From Piromyces finnis finn (Eukaryota > Fungi > Neocallimastigomycota): DNA of 64,000 bases. Location: NCBI GenBank assembly GCA_002104945.1, contig MCFH01000056.1, positions 248,001 to 312,000 on the forward strand. Direction: 5' to 3'. Shown one piece after another: positions 43,181-55,316 of this stretch. The number at the start of each line of letters is the position of its first letter. Within the stretch, counting starts at the first letter, position 1. Below the pieces are notes generated by a model. That model saw only the letters and a list, made by a program, of their open reading frames with translations. It did no database searches and was not told the DNA's origin. A program made the translations under genes and the position numbers.

Positions 43181-43723
43181 TTTTTTTTAACTTCCGAGTG
43201 CATTTTTCCCATCGATCAGAGTTAGCTCCAATGGTGGTTCTTAGAGAAACGTTGGCTCATTCCTATTGCTAGGTGGTTGTGACCCTCCTGGTCTGTCATA
43301 CTGTTTCTTCAGCTTCGACGCTCACTTAATCCATGTACATTAGATGCATGTCGTTGTACGATATTTCACAACTACAATGCTAAGCCTCTTATAGTCAAAT
43401 TGATCACGTGTCAACCGCCCCCTAATGTTTACACTTAAATTGATTAAGGAATATTATGTGTTTTTGGCATAGCCTAAGTCACCACTTATTAAGTTCTAAT
43501 TTGGAATGTACCATGTACACTAGACCCTCTCAGGCCGGCTAGACGAGTGTTATTATCATAGTAGTAAATTAGAAAGTTCATTTATACTTACCTGAATATC
43601 ATAACCCAACCCATGGCAAACCCAGTGGGAAAATCCACAGGCACTGACATCTGCGGGGTCGAACCAGAAGCCTTATGTATGCTAAGGAAACGCCTTAACA
43701 ACAGGATAAAAACTGGAACGACT
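43181..43723 (-). mobile_element. tRNA-derived SINE, about 540 bp, full length
   Basis: Minus-strand 5' end GTCGTTCC...GTTAAGGCG...GGTTCGACCCC (A-box-like and B-box), poly(A) tail, 14-bp TSD tatttttttattat (43167-43180 and 43724-43737). Confidence 0.8.
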
Positions 43724-44139
43724 TATTTTTTTATTATGGTAATTTATTAATATTTCATTTCGAAAACTTTATTAATAATTAAAAATTTGTATTTATACAA
43801 AAATTTTTGGCTTATGCTAAATTACATACATTATCAATACATTATTAATACATTATATTAAGTACATTTTACCATATAACATTAATAGGCAAAAAATATT
43901 TTATAAATTTTTTAAAATAAGTTAAATGTATTATCCTTTAGAATTATGTAAAGTAATAATGTAACATTATATATAAAGATAAACTTTTAACTATTTTTAT
44001 TGTACAATATATAATACATTTATTGTATTTAATGTATATTATTAGAAGTTGTTAATTTAGGATTTATAATTATTTCAACCTTTATTAGAGTAATGTATGA
44101 TAAATAAATACATTACTCTAATGTATTTATTAATAAAGA

Positions 44140-45437
44140 ATAAATAAATTTATAAAATTCCACAACACACTAACATAAACATGCTTATAAAATATAAGAG
44201 AAATAGAATTTTAAAAGAATAAAAGTTTCTTTAATTACTTTGTTTATTTAATAGATTATTAAAATATTTTTAAAATTACTTTCTTTTTAATTTTTAAAAT
44301 TAGTTCAATTATATATATTATATATAATGTAAAGTAATTATAGTTAAATGATCCATTTATTCATTTATACATACATTTCATAATATATTAAATTTTATAT
44401 TAAATTTTTTTCTTTTCTTTTTGTTTAAAGTTTGAAAAGCCATTAATTTATTAGTTATGAAAAGCATTTATAATTATGAATTTTACAAGAATGTTTTTAT
44501 ACAGTTACCTTTACAATTTATTATGTTTACTTTTCATAAATTAAATATTAAAAGGTTTATCATAGGTATAATAATTACTACTTGAAATATATTAAATAAT
44601 AAAAATAAAATTTATATATAATTAACTTTTTTGACATTTTATTATATCACATTAATTAATTCGAGAACTAGACCGCCAGTATTAAAAGATTAAATCTTAA
44701 TTAATTATAAAAATATTATTATTGTTATTATTTTAATTTTGACATGGAATTTGAATTTCTACATAATCTTAACTTTATTATAACCAATACTTTTTTAAAA
44801 AACAAAATTTTTGGTAAAGAGTAAAACTATATTTTAATAAATTAAAATATATATGTTATTTAATTTACTTTAAAAACTTCAATTTTATTTATTTTTTATC
44901 ATTTTTACAGTATATAGTGTATACTATACAGTGTAGGTATAGGATATATTATAATTACACCTTTAAATATATGGTTTTAATACATGGTTTTTTATAAAGG
45001 TAATATAATAATATAATAATCTATTTAGTAATTTATTTACTATACTTGAGCTATTATAAGATTATAAGAGAAATATATTAAAATTCATTTATATTATAAC
45101 TGTTAATCCTTTAATTCATAGAAGTTAAATGATCGTATTGCATATGAATAATATTTAAAAAAATTTTATTATAATTTCTATTTCCATTATTAATAATACT
45201 TATAAAAATTATAAAATATTACAATTAAAAATGCTATTTTTTTTTATTTCAATATATATATTATATGGATTTAATTATATTTCTTTTCTCTTCGAAATAT
45301 GATATGATATTGTATGGAATGTCTTAGGTTCTTACTATTTTTCTATTAAGAAATAAAAACAAAAAAGGAAATTTCATCATGTGTATTTTATGTATATGGT
45401 TTAAAAAATTTTTTGACATTTTTTCTAATTGCAAAAT

Positions 45438-45473
<36 letters not shown>

Positions 45474-46777
45474 TTATCTAATATAGTATAATATTAATGA
45501 AAAATATAACATTACACTTTATGTTATAAAAAACAATTAAAAAGTATAATATAAAGTAATAAAATACATATATGTATAATTATATATAACAGTATAATAT
45601 AATGATTAAAAGTATAATAAAAAGTAAGTAATAAATATATTAATTAAAAAAAAAGTCAAATTTGAAAAAAGAATATAAAAGAATTGGATTTTGACTGTTT
45701 TTAAAACATTTATTCTTAATTTGTATTATATATAAAAATTTTTTTTATATAAAAATATATTAAATACATCAAAACACTCTAAAAAGTTTCTCATTATATT
45801 TATATTCAACATAAAAGAAAGTAACAATGAATTCAAAAAAAAGTCTTTTCAATCCCTCGAATAATTTTTTAGAATCACCTAATGGCACTACGATTTTTAA
45901 AAGAAATTCTACATTATCAAATGAACTTCTTAATGATATTATAACAAATAATTATACCGGGGTATCAAGTAGTCCTTTAATGCATCTGATAACCAGAAAG
46001 AGGAAAAATGAATCAATTCAAAATATAAATCAAAAATCAAAGCAGAGTAATAATTCAGTAAATATTATACATTTTATTTATTACTTTATTTATTTATTTA
46101 TTATTTATAAAACATATTTTTACATTATACTTATTTAAAAAATATTAACATTCTTTAAATTTAATAATTATATATATATATATATATATATATTATTATA
46201 GGTATTTTCAATTTTATCGTCACAAAACTCTTTTACAATTGAAAATAAAAGTCCAATATTAAACAATACATCTTCATCACCAGTACCAATAATTGACCCC
46301 TCTTTTATTAGCTCATCATGTTTATCATTTGAATTATTTTCATTTAATGATATTTTCACTTCTTTCTATTATTCCAACTCAATTATCACCGAGTCTTGTT
46401 CTAATTTACTTACAAATCAAAATAAAAATAAAAAACAAATTTTGAATCAAAATATAAACCCAAATCCAAATCCAAATATAAATAAAAATCTATGTAATTA
46501 CAAAAAATCAATTAAAAATGCATATTCAAATACAATTTTAAAAGAAAATAAACAAAAAAAGAAATATATGAACTCAAAGGGTCATAAGCAACATATTTTT
46601 TTCCATAGAATGAACAATATATTGAAAGAATGGCTCTCGAACCATTCTTTCTATTATCCTACCATTAATGAGAAGTGTCGTCTTTGTGAGGCTACTGGTC
46701 TAACAATGGTAGGTTATTAATTATTATTAATATTATAATTATTTTGTAAAATTATTATATGTATATTAACAATATTT

Positions 46778-46815
<38 letters not shown>

Positions 46816-47280
46816 CTAAATAATACATCGTATAAATGAATATATATTTATATAATTAAATATTGAAAATCCCTTTTATCTTCAGGATCATGTATAAATT
46901 TTAAATGATTTAAATTATAAATTATTACATTTCTAATTTCTAATTATAAATTTTATTTTAATACTATAGCTTGATATCTGGTTCATAAATGCTAGACGCC
47001 GTTATGCATAATTTAAATATAGAAATAGAATATTATACATTATTATATTATTATTAAAATTTTCAATTACTTATTTATATAATTTATATATATGTTAGAA
47101 CTAATATATCCTCAAAAAATTAAATAATAAACAATAAAATAATAGAAATTGTAAATATATATATTATTTTCAGTGTAATATTTAATCAAAAATAAATAAA
47201 ATAATCTCAGTTTATAAAATAATTATAAATACTTTTGTTATTCACATTTATATGTCTTAACTGTATCTAAAATATATTAA
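44140..47280 (+). repeat. Third, more diverged copy of the upstream-region + HD cassette
   Basis: Collinear with about 34560-37825 and ends at about the same point downstream of the gene. Confidence 0.9.
45827..47011 (+). CDS. TALE-like homeodomain protein HD-C, 261 aa, four exons
   Basis: Exons 45827-46057, 46202-46708, 46886-46891 (GATCAT = DH), 46970-47011; open spliced frame ending GLTM-DH-LDIWFINARRRYA*. Confidence 0.88.
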
Positions 47281-47659
47281 TTTTAAAATTATTTCTAATT
47301 AAATATTATATAATATGTGGTTTTTTTAATATAGAAAAAGATATTAATATATATTTTTTAGTGTGTTAACTATTTTATACTATATTATATATTGTATATT
47401 ACAATGATCCATTTAATATTAAAACATTTACATTATTAGTATTTATAATGCATTATGTAAATATACCAATCATGCATATATAATTATAATTATATATAGT
47501 GTACTTTGCTAATCATATTAGTTTTGAATTGAAAAGACTACTTTTTCAAAAAATAATATTAATAAATGGATGTTCTAGGCAAGGAAAAGGTTTTAATATT
47601 GGATTATAATCAATTATTATAATTCAATATTTAATTATTAATAATAATATAAAGATTTT

Positions 47660-47997
47660 ATGGTAGTAAAAGAAAAGAATTTATTTTCAAATAAATAAAT
47701 AAAATTAAATATATATAAAAAATAAAATTATACAGAGACATATTGTAAATACTATCGATCTTGATTTATATTTTCTAAAATAAATAAATAAATAATAATA
47801 ATAATAATATATATATATATATATTGTACTTATTTTAGCTAATTAACTTTTATACAACATAAATTTGATAATTATATTTTCAATAAATTAACTTTATAGA
47901 AACAAGTAAATTTACAATATAGTTATTAATAATTACTGTATAATTTATTTATATATATTACTGTATTAATTCTTATTTTTTATTATTTTCATTTTAG
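47660..47997 (+). pseudogene. Relic of an HD-A-type gene (introns and micro-exon only)
   Basis: ATG|GT at 47660; ttatag AAACAA gtaaattt at 47900-47905 with flanking introns homologous to HD-A; last exon replaced by the dispersed repeat at the acceptor AG. Confidence 0.7.
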
Positions 47998-49955
47998 CAA
48001 TAACTTTAATAATGCTTTTGAGGCTAAATATTATCTTAAAGTGTTGTTATAGTGATTTAATTCATAATGTTGTATACATATACTAATTTAAATGATATTA
48101 TCATAAAGAGGTTGTTTGACATTTTCCATTTTCACAAGGATAGTTTCAATTCTTATTGTATAATTTCATTGCAATAGGATATTTATCAAATAATGGCTAA
48201 TTATTCTATTTAGTATTTCTAATTGTAAAAATTAAGTATTTTCTGCTATTCTTTCCCCTATGACGGAAAGGAAATTTTATCATTAAAATGGTAGTAATTA
48301 AAATATTTGTTCATTACCCAAATAATTTATTTACTTGAAATAAATATGTATGTTTTCATGTTTTCTTTAATAATAATTCTTCTTCAACAATGCTAATAAT
48401 AATTGGTTATTTTGAAAAAAATAAAATATTTGAAAAAATGGTAATTATGTGTTAATGAATATTTATGATTAAATATTTACATAGTTGAATATGGATTTTA
48501 ATGGTATTGTATGTCATACTGAGTAGATCAAATAAAGTTGAATAATTTTCATGAGATATAATAAACTTTATATTTTCCTAATTTATATTTTAATTTTAAT
48601 AATGAATTAAATAGTTTATATGCAAAGTATATTAATAATTAATATTTCTCTTTAATACAGTAAATTTTCTATAAGAAAAGAAAGTATATTTTCAATAATT
48701 AGATTAATTGAAATAAATATTTAAATATCTTGATTCTTTATTCAAATATAGACAATGGAATTAACAAATGTTTTCTTTGCTTATTTTGTTCTATAATTCA
48801 TTAAATTCATTTATTTTGAGTGATAAATAATATTAAGTATATTATTTGTCATTAATTTGTTATTCAAATTAAAATCTTGTAAATATTTAGAATTTTATAA
48901 AATCTTTATAAAATAATCCAATGATATCATGTTATTTTGTCGTAATATCCACCTAACAAAGTATAGTATATTAACTTAGTTTTTATGGAAAGCTTAATAT
49001 TTTACAATGTTTTACAATAATACTGACGAATTTATATTTAAAATAAATTTCCTTTTATTTAAATGTTTTTACTATCAATTTATAATTAGGACCTTTTGAA
49101 ATTCAACTTATCCATTCAAAATAGATTTTCCTCTCCTCTCTACTTTTATTAAAGTTTCATGTTAATATGTTGGATAACTCTTTATATCATACTTGATAGA
49201 TATTAGCTTTCATAATTGTGTTCTCATATCCTTTCTTCAGATAATGGATGTAAATATTATTTTTGTTACATAAATTTTAAGGATTATCTTGATAAATAAT
49301 CTTAGATTAAATAATTAATTTAATCAAATTTCACGTATTATATTCTTAAAGTGAATATTACTGTATCACATCTTAAGAATAGAAGTTTTGTTATTATTGA
49401 TATTATGTCTGTCTATATTCAAGTAATATTAAATTTGATGACAATTTTTGTAGTTTACTATTGATGATTTATTTTGCTGCAAAGTTATCAAATTAATATG
49501 GTGATATAGGTATTGTTTCTCGGTGATGTAAGCTACTTATTTATATTTAAGTTGATTTGTATATTTTCTGAATTTATTGAATTCAAAATAATTTAAATTT
49601 TAGTAATTTATTGATTTTCGGAAACTTAATTTTTGAATTCTATCATTGTAGATTAACTTACATAATATTAAAAAATATACTACTTTCTATGTTTTATTTA
49701 TCAGGTTGATTATTTATTTATTTTTTATAGTTACTTTGATTCTTTATTTATGAAAAAGTTAATATTTCAATCTTAAAATTTTGGAATCTCAAATTCTAGA
49801 TCTCAAAAAATAATCTTACATAGATAATTTCAGACTAAATAATTTAATTGTAATGGTTAGAATTTCCTACTGTTTTCTCCTTTGGCATAATAGTGTCCTG
49901 CACTTTGATTCCACTTCTAATATTCTCTTTAAGAGACTATGAAACTCTTATTCTT

Positions 49956-50328
49956 TTAGGAGTTGTTAATTTAGGTTTTATAATTATGTCAACTTTATTT
50001 AATATAATTATTAAATTGTTACATTCAAACTAAATGTTTTTAATATAATTACATTATGGCTTAATATATAACACAATATATACAAATACATTTCAATACA
50101 TTTATCATACTTTCACATTTGTTAGAATATATAAAATATGTGATATATGTATTAAAATATATTGAAATGTATTTAAACGTATTTGTATGTATTGTATTAA
50201 ATTATATATTAAGTCATAATGTAATTATATTAAAAATATGTAGTTTGAATGTAATAATAGTAGTTCTTTGTAATAATTATATTAAATAAAGTTGACAAAA
50301 TTATAAAACCTAGATTAACAACTTCTAA
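49956..50328. mobile_element. Foldback/MITE-like element with long imperfect inverted arms
   Basis: ttaggagttgttaatttaggttttataattatgtcaactttatt pairs with aataaagttgacaaaattataaaacctagattaacaacttctaa. Confidence 0.75.
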
Positions 50329-51419
50329 TAATTACATTTTCTTATTTAAATATTATTATTTAATTTATTATTGTTATACTATCATGACTTTATAAACTTT
50401 AATTATTAATGATTAATAATACATTAGTAATAATTAGTAATTCACATGTTCTAAGAATATTTATGTACATGATTTATTAGTAATAGATTATGCCACATAT
50501 CTTAGAATGAATTTATTAAATCTTGTATTAATTAATTCTTTGTAATTAATACAAATTTAATATTTATATTTATTATAAATAAACTTTATTAATAAAATCA
50601 ACATAAAAATAACAATTATTATTCCATATCACAAATAATATGTGACTTGAATGTATATTTATATTAATAATTTATATGTTTTTATTATATTATATTACAA
50701 TTTCTAAAATTTGAAATAATAATATGTAAATGACTAATGTAAAAACTTGTAATGTAAATAAATAATATAAATGTATAATTCATATATTAAAATAGTTCCA
50801 GCCTTAGAGTTGGAAAACTAATTATCTAAATAATAATTAAATAATAATTAATAAAAAAGCAATATTAGAGTAAAATGTATTGAAGAGTACTTGCATGTAT
50901 TGTATTGTATTATATGTTAAAGTCACATTAAAAATATATAAATACATGTAGTTTTAATGCAACAATAGTAGTTTATTATCATTAACTATATTAAATAAAG
51001 TTGACTTTTATTAAAATCTGAATTAACAGAATCTAATATTTATAATAATAATGTAATGATAATAAAAATATTAGCAATAATATTAATAATACAATTATTA
51101 ATTATAAATTATATTTGAGGTAATATGTTATTATAGGTAACTTGTAACATGATTTAAATAAAATATTTAACTAGTACTTAATAAATTTTATATTATAATT
51201 TTAATTATTATTATTGTTAGAATTTTAAGTTTTTAATATTTACTTTATTATGGCAATTTATTAATATTTCATTACAAAGATTCAATTAACAATTACTAGT
51301 ATGTATTTATACTAAAATTTATGGCTTATGCTAGAAAATATAAGCCATAAATTTTATTATTATTTTTTATTATTATTTGTATCAATTAATAATAAAAAAT
51401 GAAATTAAATGAGATTATC

Positions 51420-53818
51420 TTAACATCTCATGGAGTGCTCCAAATCTAACAAGAAAAGAAATTCACATTTCCACAACCACAAACAATTTAACAACAACAT
51501 TAATAACTTCCAAAAACATAATAATAATTATAACAACAACAATTATAAAACCCAAAAAATTAGTTCAAAAAACTAAATAAAGGACTTCCATTGAAGTCCC
51601 ATCATTCTAACACAAAAATATTAAACTACACTTTTCCCACTATCAATAAAGATAATACATTACCTTCAACATTTTTTACTTTTAATACATACGTATTATC
51701 CAATAATAGAGGTACAAATAATTTATATAATAAAATTATATGTACATCACTATTAGATAGTGGATCATATTGTAATTTTATATCGTACAAACTATTACGT
51801 ACATTACAATTACATCCTCAAAAAATTAATAATGTAATCATTTTACAAGTTCAATTGAATGTAACTTAGCATTCAATTGAGCTTGATGAATATATCAACC
51901 AAACTATTCATCAACAATAAATTCTATTTCATTAATTTTTAAAGAAAATTTTTTACTAGCGGATTATATTCCGACAGATTTATTATAATTATGATTAAAA
52001 TTTATATTCAAATTTAAGATATGTTTTTAACAAAAAGAAATTTGGCATGAAGCATGCTACTAAATTTTTAAATTTAGAAAAATTCATTTCTCATAATAAA
52101 AATGATATGAATTGTACACCTATCACTTCTATAGGTGTAAAAAACCCAAAAAATAAAAACAAAAATTATTCCACCACTCTTTATTTTTTAAAAAATAAAA
52201 TTCATAATTTTTATTTCAAATCATAAATCCTTAGTAAGAAGAAAAATGATCGATTCGTAAATTTAAGATTAAACGCTCCAAAATTTCGAAGAAAGTTATA
52301 TTAAATAATTATGATACATATAATTATAATTATTTAATTTATTCCTTCTTATCAGAAAAATCAGAAGAAGTAAACAATTTAGAAGAACATATTATGGAGG
52401 ATATTCCAGAACCTATCTTGATTTGGCAAAAGTTTTCAGCAAACAAGAAGATGATAAACAACCACCACATAGGGTTACAGATTGCAAAATAGTGCTAGAG
52501 AAAGATGCTACTCTTCATTATGGTCCCATCTATCCATTATCGGAAGAAGAATCAAAAGTTCTAGAAGAGTATTGTAAAGATATAATATATATCTTTTGAT
52601 TATTTAATAATTAATTATTAATTATTAAATAATAAATTAATATTTAGTAAAGTTAATTATAAAATTTTTGAATAAACTTCATGGAATAATTTAATAATAA
52701 ATTATTTTATAATAATTCCGTTAAAATTAAATTAAGATAAATATTTAAATTTAAGGAATAAATGAATTTTAATTAAATTTAAATATTTCAAATACTTTTA
52801 TAATAGATTATACTTTTTTATTTAAATTTAGAATAGTTTAATAATTTTAACTTAGTTTTAAAAATAGATTTGTTTATAGTTCAATAGGAAATATATTAAG
52901 AATAGTATTGATAATATTAAATTAATTTATAGATAATAATACATGGGCTTTATTCAATTTTGAGTTTACTCAAATTGAATTAAAAGTGTAATGAATTAGT
53001 TTTAGTTTAGTTCTGTTATTTTATTATTTAATTAGATTAGTTTTGTTTATTTTATATTGAATATATATTTATTTAAATAGAATAATATATTAGAATATAA
53101 TTATAAAAAAATATAAATACATGTAATTTTTGTTTATTAAATCGATGTTATTTCAATTTTTTATTTATTAACTATTATATAGTTAATAATATTTCTAAGA
53201 GTTTTAAATAAAATGATTTTTAAAATAAAAATTTAATGTTTTATTTTTTAATTTTGTGTTAATAAAAATTGTTTTGTTTTAAGTATAAAATCTGTTATAA
53301 ATTTTATACTTTTGCAATATCTTTACATAGAAAATAATTTATATGCTAAGCTTCCTAAATGCAAATTTTACAAACCACAAGTTGAATTCTTAGGATACGT
53401 TATTTCAAGCTCAGGGATTGCTACTGACCCAAAGAAGATAGAGTCAATTAAAAATTGGCCTACTCCTACTGCAGCACCCATTTTATCCTATCTTGATCCT
53501 CAAAAGCAATATATTTTGGAATGTGATGTAAGTAATGTTGCTATCGGTTCTATACTTTCTCAGTATGATTCAGAAAATCGTCTACATCCTGTCGCTTACT
53601 ACTTCAGAAGTCAGAGTAGTTCTGAAGTTAATTATTCTATAACAGATAAAGAACCATTAGCTATTAAAGATTCTTTCTCTACTTAGAGGCACCTTCTTCT
53701 TGATACTAAGTATAAAATAAAAGTGTACACTGATCATAGAAACTTACTTTATACTCTTGGAGGAAAGATGGATAATCAAAGACAACATCGTTGGCACCTT
53801 TTCTTTCAAGAATATGAC
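51420..53818 (+). mobile_element. Degenerate Ty3/Gypsy internal region (protease, RT ends, RNase H)
   Basis: LLDSGSYCNFIS; PPHRVTDCKI..YGPIYPLS; LYAKLPKCKF..VEFLGY; LECDVSNVAIG; VYTDHRNL. Confidence 0.85.
52573..53327 (+). mobile_element. Solo LTR (755 bp)
   Basis: TGTAAAGATAT...ATATCTTTACA; homologous to the LTR at 55317-56033. Confidence 0.85.
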
Positions 53819-54342
53819 TGTAAAAATTATTAAATAATTAATATTTGAATGATTTATTTAATAATCTTCAAGAGAAAAACTAATCTCTCAATCACAAAAA
53901 CTTTTATTGTGTTGCGTGAACCAAAATTATTCATCACTTAGTGTAACACATGAAATTCATAATAAATAAAGTTCAAAAAATTAATGAAAATTTTTTAGAG
54001 GATTTTCATAAAGATTTACATTAAAATCTTCTTCATTTAATATTGTGAAATTAAATTATTATATTTTAAGATTCTTAAGGATAGTTTTATATTGAATAGC
54101 AATATAAATAAATTAGTTAGATATATTATAATGTATTCGCAAAAAATATAAATAGTTCGAAATTTCATGTAAATTTAGATAATTGTAATTGTTATAGCCT
54201 ATTAAGTAGTTAATAACTAAATAAAAGTTAATAAAAGAGAATTTTAAATAAATTTTGTTTTTGTTTTTATTTTTTATTTTATTTTGTGTTTTTGGTAGTA
54301 AAAATTTTATAATCTGTTTTAATTTTTTATAAAACATTTACA
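53819..54342 (+). mobile_element. Probable solo LTR of a related family
   Basis: TGTAAA...TTTACA; interrupts RNase H after FQEYD; 3' end resembles the other LTRs. Confidence 0.55.
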
Positions 54343-54668
54343 TTTTATTTTATTTTATTTTATTTTATTTTATTTTATTTTATTTTATTTTATTTTATTT
54401 TATTTTATTTTATTTTATTTTATTTTATTTTATTTTATTTTATTTTATTTTATTTTATTTTATTTTATTTTTATTTTATTTTATTTTATTTTATTTTATT
54501 TTATTTTATTTTATTTTATTTTATTTTATTTTATTTTATTTTATTTTATTTTATTTTATTTTATTTTATTTTATTTTATTTTATTTTATTTTATTTTATT
54601 TTATTTTATTTTTATTTTATTTTATTTTATTTTATTTTATTTTATTTTATTTTATTTTATTTTATTTT
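54343..54668. repeat. (ATTTT)n / (ATTTTT)n microsatellite
   Basis: Direct reading of the sequence. Confidence 0.97.
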
Positions 54669-55316
54669 AAAACAAAGCTTTCAAACATTGAATTCCAAAT
54701 GAAATCAAGTTTGAGGGGAATGCTAGAAATTATCAAATTTTATTATAAACTTTATTCATTAGTAAAATGTAGTTAACCTAATGTAATGTATTGATAATGT
54801 ATGTTGTAACAACGCGAAAGACTCAGGTTAACACAATACTAATTAACTATTTTTTGTATTAATATAATATTTTATTAATAATTTTATTATTTAATATTAT
54901 TAATACAAATTAACCTTAATACTAATTCTAAAGACTAAATTTACATGAATTTTATAAATTATTTATATAATATTTCTTTATTAATAATAATAATAATAAT
55001 GATTAAAATAAGAATATTAACATGTATTTATATTTTCTTTTAAATTTAAACTATTTACATTAAAATAATAAAATTAATAACTATTTACAATAAAAGTAAT
55101 AAGAGTAATTAAAAATAACAATAAAAGAAATAATTAAAAGTTAAAGAATATAAAAAGTTGTTTATTTTACAATTAATTAAAGTAATAATTATTTTTAATA
55201 TTTTAATAAAAGTGTTTAATTATATTATTTTATAACATGAATTATTATATTTGTTTACTTTTAAAGTGTAATTTACTAACGAAGTTATTAAATATTTAAT
55301 TTAACAAAAGTTATAT

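Noticed and set aside
43640-43722. Functional tRNA gene
   Set aside because: The B-box is present but I cannot fold a proper cloverleaf, and it heads a polyadenylated repeat with a TSD.
48300-49950. Possible pheromone receptor (7-TM) or other gene
   Set aside because: No sustained reading frame or recognisable motif, spliced or not; it looks like decayed sequence.
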